DNA of 24,992 nucleotides from NCBI GenBank assembly GCA_039794085.1, contig JBDIWC010000051.1, forward strand, positions 1 to 24,992, in the 5' to 3' direction. Position 1 is the stretch's first letter, and every line of letters begins with the position of its first letter. Position numbers and translations under genes: made by a program. Shown here piece by piece: positions 17,435 to 24,992 of this stretch. The notes below the pieces were generated by a model. The model was given only the letters and a program-made list of their open reading frames with translations. It made no database searches and was not told where the DNA came from. The DNA is from Gemmatimonadales bacterium. Lineage in GTDB: Bacteria; Gemmatimonadota; Gemmatimonadetes; Gemmatimonadales; GWC2-71-9.

Positions 17435-18882
17435 TGCTTCTCATTCTGGCGTTCCGTCATCTGATGGAAAAGAAGGCGAGGGCGGTGGCCCTTCTGGCCG
17501 GGTTTGCGGTGGGTGTGGGCGTCATGATCGTGCTTCTCTCCGTGGGTGAGGCGATGCTGGTGCAGTCCCGGGACGTCCGGCTGGTCGGTGGAGGCGAGGT
17601 GACAGTGCTCCCGCAGGGGATCGACTTCGAGGCGCTCCGCACTGGAGCTCTGCGTGGGATGTTTCTCGGCGTGGACCGGGCCAGGTTCCTGCAGAGGATG
17701 ACGCTGGGAGGCCCCCGGGAAGGGGAGGCGGTGCGGGCGGTGAGTCCGGTGATCGAGGACAAGCTGCTCTACCTCCGGACCCCGGATGGCGCGGTGCATC
17801 CGGTTCGGGCCGGGGGGGAGATCCCGAGCCGAGCCCGGGAGGTGGGGTCGGGGCTCGACGTCCTCGAAGGGACCTGGGAGGACACCCCCGCCGACAGCCG
17901 GTGGTTTGCCCCCACGCCGCAGCAGCTCTACGACGACCTCGACCGGTTCCACGTTCCCGACACGCCGGACTCGACCTGGGCGGAGTGGCACTACTTCAAC
18001 GTGCGGGAGGGAGACGAGTGGTGGTACATCACCTACCTGGTCGCTGGAACGCCGGGGACCGATCAGTTCGGGGGACGACTCCTGGTGACGGCGAGGCGAT
18101 CGGATGGGCGGCATGTGCGCTACGAGACGCGGGTGTCCGGTGACCAGGTCGTCTTCGACACCACCCGGGCCGATCTCCAGCTGGGTGCAGCCTACGTTCA
18201 TCAACGCGGCGGACAGTACATCCTGTTCGGCCAGGCGAGGGGTCTGGACGGCACCCTCACCATCGATCTCACGGTGACTCCCGCACCACACCGGTACTTC
18301 CCGCCGATCGAGCTCAACGAGGGCGGCGGCTTCCGGTCGGGCTACGTGGTGCCGGCGTTACGGGCCCAAGCCACCGGCCGACTTTGCCTGGGAGGGGAGG
18401 GGCGCTGCCGGTGGCTCGCGAACGCGCCGGCCTATCACGATCACAACTGGGGGGTATGGCGGGATGTCACCTGGGAGTGGGGAGCAGGGCAGGGGACCCG
18501 CTACGATCTGCTGTACGGCGGGGTGCGAGAGGGTGAGGAGGCCCCGGGGAACGCGCCGTTCTTTCTGGCGCTGGTCGATTCGGCGGGACTCCGTCAGGTG
18601 TTCCGGTTCCGGACGATCGGGTACGAGGGAAGGCGGGAGACGGGGGTGCGGGGCGAGGAGGGTCCGGAGCGATTCACCCTCGTGGCGAGCCGGGAGCGGG
18701 ACACGCTCCGGCTGGAGGTGGAGGTGCAGGATCTCCATGCCACGCCGGGCGGGCTGGACGGGAATCAGCGCCGGGCGTTTCTGCAGATGCGGGGGCGCTG
18801 GCGGTTCGAGGCTCGGCTGGGTGGATCCACGGTGAGTGACAGCGGGTCGGGGTTCTTCGAGACGTTCGCCCTCGCCCCCTAA
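17434..18882 (+). CDS. Fusion of a MacB-type permease N-terminal half with an AttH/CrtC-like lipocalin domain
   Basis: TGATG coupling; LAFRHL..KKARA..LLAGFAVGVGVMIVLLS TM1; AEWHYFN and AYHDHNWG motifs typical of the AttH/CrtC/tocopherol-cyclase-like fold. Confidence 0.8.
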   Translation: MLLILAFRHLMEKKARAVALLAGFAVGVGVMIVLLSVGEAMLVQSRDVRLVGGGEVTVLPQGIDFEALRTGALRGMFLGVDRARFLQRMTLGGPREGEAVRAVSPVIEDKLLYLRTPDGAVHPVRAGGEIPSRAREVGSGLDVLEGTWEDTPADSRWFAPTPQQLYDDLDRFHVPDTPDSTWAEWHYFNVREGDEWWYITYLVAGTPGTDQFGGRLLVTARRSDGRHVRYETRVSGDQVVFDTTRADLQLGAAYVHQRGGQYILFGQARGLDGTLTIDLTVTPAPHRYFPPIELNEGGGFRSGYVVPALRAQATGRLCLGGEGRCRWLANAPAYHDHNWGVWRDVTWEWGAGQGTRYDLLYGGVREGEEAPGNAPFFLALVDSAGLRQVFRFRTIGYEGRRETGVRGEEGPERFTLVASRERDTLRLEVEVQDLHATPGGLDGNQRRAFLQMRGRWRFEARLGGSTVSDSGSGFFETFALAP

Positions 18883-18883
18883 T

Positions 18884-19077
18884 CCGTCATCGCGAGGCGG
18901 CGGAGCCGCCGTGGCGATCCCGTGAGCGGTGAGTCGCGTGGTGGGTGAAGCGGATGGATGGCCATCACGCCGGGGCCCGACAGATCGGGCTCCGGCAGGA
19001 TGGCCTGATGATCGTCTTGTTGCGTCGGCATGGGCTCACGAGATTGCCACGGGCCCTGCGGGCCCTCGCACTGACGG
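18884..19077. repeat. Palindromic MITE/RPE-like intergenic element
   Basis: CCGTCATCGCGAGG..CGTGGCGATC / GATTGCCACG..CCTCGCACTGACGG with small internal hairpins; resembles the GTCATTGCGAG...CTCGCAATGAC repeat class. Confidence 0.7.
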
Positions 19078-19179
19078 CATCTGCGTGCTCTCCGTCCCGG
19101 GGCGACATGGGCGTTACCTTTCAAGGATGTGGGGGATGTTCGAGGCCCGACCGCCCGGTGTACCGCTTCCGGAGAGATG

Positions 19180-19599
19180 ATGACCGACCCGACCGCTGCT
19201 GCCCCGGAAGATATCAGACCGGTCGGCCGCACGTTGATGGACACATTCATGGATGGGTGGTCCCGGGCCAAGCTCGACCTGGTCATGTCGGTGTTCGCCG
19301 AGGAGGCGGTCTTCCAGGAGACACCCTTCAGCGCGCCCCTGCGGGACATCGCTTCCATCCGCCGGTACTGGAGTGACGTCCCCCTTCACCAATCGGAGAT
19401 CACCGCCACCGCCGGGGAAATCTTCGGAGCCGGTCCCTGGTTTGCCACCGAGTTCCGGACCGTGTTTCGCCGCCGTCGTACCGGGGAATGGGTGGACGCC
19501 CGTGGGGCGATTTTCTGCGAAACTGTCGGTGGAAAGATTTCGGAGATGCGCATGTACTGGCATCGCTGGAATGGCGGCCGGGAGACAGGAATTCCCTGA
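19180..19599 (+). CDS. SnoaL-like / NTF2-family protein
   Basis: SD GGAG at 19171; D.V..VFAEEAVFQETPF..PL.....IRRYW and GGKISEMRMYW. Confidence 0.85.
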   Translation: MTDPTAAAPEDIRPVGRTLMDTFMDGWSRAKLDLVMSVFAEEAVFQETPFSAPLRDIASIRRYWSDVPLHQSEITATAGEIFGAGPWFATEFRTVFRRRRTGEWVDARGAIFCETVGGKISEMRMYWHRWNGGRETGIP

Positions 19600-19778
19600 C
19601 CGTCGTGCCGCCAGGGGGACACGTGTCCTGAATGGAGGACAGAGAGATTCCCATCCATCGTCTCCCAAGTTCTTATATTGAAATAGTTTACGTATTCGTG
19701 GCCAGTGGCACGATTCTCGACACTTCTCGGGCTGCATAATTTCGCTCGGGTTGGCCGAGCTCGCTGATTGGAGGTCCC

Positions 19779-21371
19779 ATGTCGTCTCGCATTCTCATCG
19801 CCCTGCTGGTTCCGGCGCTCGTCCTCCCTTCGGCCTCCATGGCCCAGGATCCGGCGATCAGGCTGTCGGTTACCGGCAACCAGCGGAGCAGTGACGGGGG
19901 TCTCCGCCTCCTTCCGGGAGATCCCGTCCGGGTGCAGGTGCAGACCAGGGACCCGGGGCACCTGCTGGTGATCAACGTCGAGCCCGGAGGAGAGGTCCGC
20001 GTCATCTTCCCGGTTGACCCGTTCGACGACACCTCGATTCGCGGCGGTCGCCAATATGAGATTCGGGACGCGGCGGCCCGCGAGAGCTTCATCGCCTCGG
20101 AAACCGGAGCCGGGCTGGTCTATGCCGCCGTGTCACCCGATCCCTATCGCTTCGATTCAGTGACTCGCGACGGCCGGTGGAATGTGGAGGCGCTGGTCGT
20201 GCCCCGCAGTGCCGACCCCGAGGAGGGCGCCACCAACTTGGTGCTGGCGATGACGAGTGACCGCGGCTTCGATTTCGACGTTCTCCCCTACCTGGTACAG
20301 AACGAAGTCACCGAGGTCGTGGAGGTGGTCGAGGAGAATCACTACTACGCGGATCCCTACTCCTATCCGGTGTACTGCGGATGGCGGAGTTACCGTTACT
20401 ACCCGAGTTGCCTCGGATACTACGATCCCTACTGCTATTCCTGTGGGAGAACCGGTCTCTTCATCGGGATCGGGTTCGGCTCGCCCTACTACTACAGCCC
20501 CTACGGCTACGGATATGGCTACGGATACGGATACGGATTTCCTCGGGGTGGTTTCTTCGGTGGACATGTTACCCACACGTCCCGTCCCTTTACTCAGCTG
20601 ACGGGCCGGGCCCGGGGGTATGGCGCCCGTCAGTTCGGGGGCGACAGGTTCGACGACGGGCGGCGCGGATTCGGCGACGACCGAGGGAGTTTTGACGACG
20701 GGCGAAGCGGTTTCGATGGCCGGTCGCGCGGGGGTCGGACTGTCGCCGCGCGTCCCGCCGTCGAGAGCCGTCCAGCGACCACCTCCGGTCCGATGGAGCG
20801 GGTGGCTCGGCGGGCTCGGCCCTCCACCGCGGCACGTGACGGTGGTCCGAGTGACCGCGGCAGAAACAGGGACGCGGAAATCGAACGGCGGCAGCCGACC
20901 CGCGTGACACCTGACGCTGCGGAACGGGGTGGCCGGGATCGGGTGCGCGCACGGCCGTCGACCGGGAACCGCTCCTCCGATGTGGCGCCGACCACCCGGT
21001 CCCGGGCGCGCAGCAGCACCTCGATCGAGGGTTCGGCGGTGACCCGTCCCGAACGCGCGACTCGGAACGTCGCGTTCACCCAAAGCAGCCAGGTGCAGCA
21101 GGATCCTCCGGCGCGGGCCCGGGCGCGGCCCAGCCGTCCCGAGCGCGCCAAGGAACCGACCCTGGTGAGACGGAAGGATCGCCCTTCCTCTACACGATCC
21201 GATCCGAAAGCAGCTCGGCCGAGTACCGAGCGGGCCCGGCCCGCAGAACGTCCCACCGCCCGGCCTTCGAGCGATCGGCGGCCCACAGCCAAGGGAGGCA
21301 ATCCCTCGGGAGGTGGGAAGGCGTCGAAGGGGTCGGGCTCGGGGAGCCGGTCGCGCTCGCGGCGGCCCTGA
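19779..21371 (+). CDS. Secreted DUF4384-like protein with Tyr/Gly-rich segment and long Arg/Ser/Pro-rich disordered tail
   Basis: SD GGAGGT; signal peptide ending ASMAQ; PGDPVRVQV.T...GHLLV..V.P.GEVRVIFP.DP; GYGYGYGY. Confidence 0.8.
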   Translation: MSSRILIALLVPALVLPSASMAQDPAIRLSVTGNQRSSDGGLRLLPGDPVRVQVQTRDPGHLLVINVEPGGEVRVIFPVDPFDDTSIRGGRQYEIRDAAARESFIASETGAGLVYAAVSPDPYRFDSVTRDGRWNVEALVVPRSADPEEGATNLVLAMTSDRGFDFDVLPYLVQNEVTEVVEVVEENHYYADPYSYPVYCGWRSYRYYPSCLGYYDPYCYSCGRTGLFIGIGFGSPYYYSPYGYGYGYGYGYGFPRGGFFGGHVTHTSRPFTQLTGRARGYGARQFGGDRFDDGRRGFGDDRGSFDDGRSGFDGRSRGGRTVAARPAVESRPATTSGPMERVARRARPSTAARDGGPSDRGRNRDAEIERRQPTRVTPDAAERGGRDRVRARPSTGNRSSDVAPTTRSRARSSTSIEGSAVTRPERATRNVAFTQSSQVQQDPPARARARPSRPERAKEPTLVRRKDRPSSTRSDPKAARPSTERARPAERPTARPSSDRRPTAKGGNPSGGGKASKGSGSGSRSRSRRP

Positions 21372-21373
21372 AG

Positions 21374-21427
21374 AAGTGTGAAGTTCGAAGTTTGAAGTTC
21401 GAACTTCAAACTTCGAACTTCAAACTT
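21374..21427. repeat. Palindrome built from inverted heptamer arrays
   Basis: Perfect 44-bp palindrome 21379-21422 (GAAGTTY x3 and its reverse complement), extending with one mismatched pair. Confidence 0.9.
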
Positions 21428-21508
21428 GCTCTGTTGTTCCCTCCCCCGGCTATAATTCCGGGCCCTCTCCAGCGTTCCCCGGTTCACCCCAGCGCCAGGT
21501 ACGTTCCG

Positions 21509-24500
21509 ATGCCGAGCCAGGTTCCGATCCTTCTCGCGCTCCTTTCGCTCGTGGGCTCCACCCTTCCGGCGCAGGACGAGCCGGGTTGGATGCGACACCC
21601 CGCGATCTCCCCCGATGGCCGGACCATTGTCTTCACGCACAAGGGTGATCTCTACCGGGTCCCCTCCTCCGGAGGGGCGGCACTCGCGCTCACCGCGCAT
21701 TCCGCGCACGATTTCACGCCGGTTTGGAGTCACGACGGGAAGTCAATCGCCTTTGCCAGCGATCGTTACGGCAATTTCGACATCTTCGTGATTTCCGCCT
21801 CGGGAGGTGAGGCCCGGCGGCTCACCTTTCATTCCGCGAGTGAGTACCCCTACACCTTCACACCGGACGATGGGGGAGTGGTCTTCGGGGCGGCGCGCCT
21901 CGATGCCGCCACCAGCCGGCTTTATCCGACCGCCTCCCAGCCCGAACTCTACGAGGTGCCGGTGGCGGGGGGACGGCCGGTGCAATGGCTCACGACCCCG
22001 GCGGAGAAGACTTCGCTGAGCCGCGATGGACGGTGGATGCTCTATCAGGACCGGAAGGGGGGAGAGAACGAATGGAGAAAGCACCATGTCTCGGCCATCG
22101 CCCGGGACATCTGGCTGCACGACCGGGAGAGTGGGAGCCATCGCCAGCTCACCACCTTTGCCGGTGAGGACCGTGATCCGGTGTTTGCCGAGGGGGACAG
22201 CGTCTTCTACTATCTGAGCGAGGCGAGTGGGACGTTCAACGTGCACCGGATGTCGCTCGCGGGGGGCGTCTCCGAGCAGGTGACCTCGTTCACCGGGATC
22301 CCGGTCCGGTTCCTGAGCCGGTCAGTGACGGGGGTGCTGGCGTTCAGCCACGACGGGCAGATCTACACGCTCACACCGGGGAGGGAGCCGGAGCGGGTTC
22401 GGATCACCGTGGCCTCTGACGCGCGGCGCAACAACGAGCGGGTGGTGGCGGTGATGGGAGGGGCGCGCGAGCTGGCCGTCGCCCCGTCGGGAAAGGAGGT
22501 CGCCTTCATCTTTCGCGGCGATGTCTTCGTGACGAGTGTCGAGGGCGGCATCACCAAGCAGATCACCCGCACGCCCGAAGCGGAGGCCGGGATTGGATTC
22601 TCGCCCGACGGCAAGGCGATCATCTATGCCTCGGAACGGGGGGGACGGTGGGCCATCTACGAGGCGCGTCGGGCGCGGGACGCCGAGGCGCACTTCTTCA
22701 CGTCGACGGTGATCCGGGAAACACCGGTGATCGCGAACGACCGGCAGAACACCCAGCCGCTGTATTCGCCGGATGGGAGGGAGATCGCGTTCATCGAGGG
22801 ACTCAACACCCTCCGGGTCTTCACCCTCGCCACGCGCCAGGTCAGAACTCTCCTCACCGATCAGCAACTCTTCTCGACCCGCCGCAACCACCACTTCGTC
22901 TGGAGTCCGGACGGGAAGTGGATGCTTTTCGACTTCGCCGTGCCGGGCATCGCGCCGGGCGAGGTGGGCCTGGTGCGAGCCGACGGAAGCGGCCCGGTTC
23001 GGAACCTCACGGAGAGCGGGTTTGACGACGGGTCCGCCACCTGGATCCAGGGTGGCGCGGCCCTGCTCTGGCGGAGCAACCGGGACGGGCTCAAGTCCCT
23101 CGCCCAGACCGGAAGCACTCAGGCAGACGTGTACGCCATGTTTCTCACCCAGGAGGCGTGGGATCGGTTTCGACTGACCAAGGAGGAATACGCTTTGCTA
23201 AAGGAGGAGGAGGAGAGGAAGGCGAAGGCCCTCTCCCCGGCCGACTCCGCCAAGCGACCGCCGACGGACACCCTGGTGCTCGCCTTGGAGGGCGTCCAGC
23301 TTCGGAAGGCGCGCCTCACCATCCATTCCTCCTCGCTCGGCGACGCCCTGGTGAGCAAGGACGGCGAGACCCTCTATTATCTCGCCCGGTTCGAGCGAGG
23401 GTTCAACCTCTGGTCCACCAACCTGCGGACCCGGGAAACCAAGATGCTCCTCCCGCTCAACGCCAACGGGGGCCGGATGGCGTGGGACAAGGAACAGAAG
23501 CGCATCTTCCTGCTGGCGGACGGGGCGATCGCCACCCTCGATCCCGTGGCGGCCAAACGGGAGACAGTGCCGATCCGCGGGGAGATGGTCGTGTCCGAGG
23601 ATGCCGAGCGCGCCTATCTCTTTGATCACATCTGGCGCCAGACACGCGACACCTACTACACGGAGGGGTATCACGGAGTGGACTGGGAGGCGATTCGCCC
23701 GGTGTACGAAAAATACCTGCCCTTCGTCAGCAACAATCATGAGTTCGCCGAGATGCTGAGCGAGATGCTGGGCGAGCTGAACGTGAGCCACAGCGGAGCG
23801 CGGTACGCCGAGTCCTCCCCGGACGACGACGCCACCGCCTCCCTGGGGGTGCTCCATGACCAGTCGGGTCGGAGTGAAGGCGTGACCATCACCGAGGTCC
23901 TGGCGGGTGGCCCTCTCGACAAGGCGGGGATGAACATTCGGCCGGGGGCGGTGATCGTGTCGATTGATGGGGAGACGATCACGCCGGCGGAGGACATCAA
24001 CCGGCTGCTCAATCGGAAGGCGGGGCGGAACGTGCTGGTCGTGATCCGGGAGAATGGGACGACCCGCGAAGTGGTGACCAAGCCGGTCACCCAGGCGGAG
24101 GAAGGGCGCCTGCTCTACGCCCGTTGGGTGCGTGCCAATCAGCGTGAAGTCGACAGCCTGAGCCAGGGACGGCTCGGCTATGTGCACGTGCCGGGGATGA
24201 ATGATGGCGCCTACCGCACCACCTTCGAGGACGTCATGGGGAAGTACGTGACGCGGGAGGGGATGGTGGTGGACACCCGGTTCAACGGGGGCGGGGATCT
24301 GGTGGCGGACCTCGCCATGTTCCTGAGTGGCACGCGCTTCTTCGACTACACCACCGACACCCGGAGCGGGGGCTACGAGCCGAACTTTCGCTGGACCAAA
24401 CCGAGCGTCTCACTCGCCAACGAGGCGAATTACAGCGATGGGCACTGCTACGCCTGGACCTACAAGAAGCTCGGAATCGGCCCCCTGGTGGGAATGCCGA

Positions 24501-24730
24501 CCCCGGGAACCTGCACCTTCGCCGGATGGGAATCGCTCCAGGATGGGCTGCGGTGGGGCGTCCCCGGGCTCGGCGTCAAGGATGTCACGACCGGCCGGTA
24601 TCTCGAAAACTGGCAAACCGACCCCGACATCCGGGTCAGGAACGAACCGGCGGTGGTGAGCCGGGGGCGCGATCAGCAGCTGGAGGCAGCCGTCCGGGAA
24701 CTTCTGAGGGTGGTGGGGGCGGGCAGGTAG
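21509..24730 (+). CDS. Tricorn protease homolog (peptidase S41; PD40 beta-propellers, PDZ)
   Basis: Signal peptide; WMRHPAISPDG, PD40 repeats, MLGELNVSH, LGYVHVPGM, VDTRFNGGG, YSDG catalytic-Ser motif, GRDQQLEAAV; TATAAT at 21451. Confidence 0.95.
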   Translation: MPSQVPILLALLSLVGSTLPAQDEPGWMRHPAISPDGRTIVFTHKGDLYRVPSSGGAALALTAHSAHDFTPVWSHDGKSIAFASDRYGNFDIFVISASGGEARRLTFHSASEYPYTFTPDDGGVVFGAARLDAATSRLYPTASQPELYEVPVAGGRPVQWLTTPAEKTSLSRDGRWMLYQDRKGGENEWRKHHVSAIARDIWLHDRESGSHRQLTTFAGEDRDPVFAEGDSVFYYLSEASGTFNVHRMSLAGGVSEQVTSFTGIPVRFLSRSVTGVLAFSHDGQIYTLTPGREPERVRITVASDARRNNERVVAVMGGARELAVAPSGKEVAFIFRGDVFVTSVEGGITKQITRTPEAEAGIGFSPDGKAIIYASERGGRWAIYEARRARDAEAHFFTSTVIRETPVIANDRQNTQPLYSPDGREIAFIEGLNTLRVFTLATRQVRTLLTDQQLFSTRRNHHFVWSPDGKWMLFDFAVPGIAPGEVGLVRADGSGPVRNLTESGFDDGSATWIQGGAALLWRSNRDGLKSLAQTGSTQADVYAMFLTQEAWDRFRLTKEEYALLKEEEERKAKALSPADSAKRPPTDTLVLALEGVQLRKARLTIHSSSLGDALVSKDGETLYYLARFERGFNLWSTNLRTRETKMLLPLNANGGRMAWDKEQKRIFLLADGAIATLDPVAAKRETVPIRGEMVVSEDAERAYLFDHIWRQTRDTYYTEGYHGVDWEAIRPVYEKYLPFVSNNHEFAEMLSEMLGELNVSHSGARYAESSPDDDATASLGVLHDQSGRSEGVTITEVLAGGPLDKAGMNIRPGAVIVSIDGETITPAEDINRLLNRKAGRNVLVVIRENGTTREVVTKPVTQAEEGRLLYARWVRANQREVDSLSQGRLGYVHVPGMNDGAYRTTFEDVMGKYVTREGMVVDTRFNGGGDLVADLAMFLSGTRFFDYTTDTRSGGYEPNFRWTKPSVSLANEANYSDGHCYAWTYKKLGIGPLVGMPTPGTCTFAGWESLQDGLRWGVPGLGVKDVTTGRYLENWQTDPDIRVRNEPAVVSRGRDQQLEAAVRELLRVVGAGR

Positions 24731-24806
24731 GGGGGGATGGGGAATGGGGAATGGGGAATGGGGAATGGGGAATAGGGAATTATAGGGAATGGGGAATAGG
24801 GAATAG
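24730..24806 (+). repeat. Heptamer tandem array (GGGAATR)n
   Basis: About ten imperfect GGGAATG/GGGAATA units immediately after the stop codon. Confidence 0.9.
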
Positions 24807-24854
24807 TCCCTTACGGACAAGATTGAACACAAAACGGCAACAATATTTGGGGCG
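24804..24854 (+). repeat. Dispersed ~50-bp repeat, copy 2
   Basis: TAGTCCCTTACGGACAAGATTGAACACAAAACGGCAACA, matching 12805-12855. Confidence 0.85.
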
Positions 24855-24914
24855 CCCCCCGGACACCCGCTCCGGCCGTGCGTTTGACGGCGTCTGTGAC
24901 GGCATCCCACTTGG

Positions 24915-24992
24915 GGCTCTTCAGGGTTTCGCGTGGGTGAGAGACACGTCGATCGGGCGTTGTGCGCACGGTGCGAGGGGACGCCCCGGATT
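24915..24992. mobile_element. Possible ISL3-family terminal inverted repeat at the window end
   Basis: GGCTCTTCAGGGTTTCGCGTGGGT resembles ISL3 ends (GGCTCTTC...); no transposase is visible in the window. Confidence 0.3.

Noticed and set aside
19706..19720. Sigma54 promoter TGGCACG-N4-TCGA
   Set aside because: The -12 element lacks the conserved GC.
21392..21508. ORF-track extended N-termini for tricorn (and likewise 11911, 12732, 16661, 8314)
   Set aside because: The extensions run through repeats or promoters; downstream ATGs give proper signal peptides or domain starts.
52..24910. Numerous long minus-strand and alternate-frame ORFs
   Set aside because: They are shadows of GC-rich + strand genes with no recognisable motifs.

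Overview
GC-rich (visually about 65-70%) bacterial window, probably a contig with a low-quality 5' end; the gene content and style suggest Gemmatimonadota (inference). All credible genes are on the + strand. (1) 1-6127: two tandem copies of a two-gene module, [lipoprotein with Ig-like and MepA/LAS-type Zn-peptidase domains] + [secreted protein with a variable N-domain, FIMAH-like helices and a DNRLRE-like C-domain]. The N-parts are strongly diverged, the last ~655 bp are nearly identical, and one gene in each copy is frameshifted. (2) asnB, preceded by what looks like a complete ribosome-dependent asparagine attenuator: a leaderless uORF with NNRRHN, 1:2/2:3/3:4 helices and a U-tailed terminator. 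(3) A di-heme DHOR lipoprotein, Tat Rieske lipoprotein and porin operon with a DtxR/MntR-type box inside its promoter, plus a nearby DtxR/MntR gene. (4) An AttEFGH-like MacB/FtsX ABC system in which one permease appears split into two complementary genes, one half fused to an AttH/CrtC lipocalin-like domain, with a SigK/RskA-like pair inside the cluster. (5) SnoaL-like, DUF4384-like and tricorn (S41) protease genes. GTAG-type REP elements, heptamer arrays, a palindromic MITE-like element, a dispersed ~50-bp repeat and a possible ISL3 end are also present. Family assignments come from motif recognition only; no searches were run.
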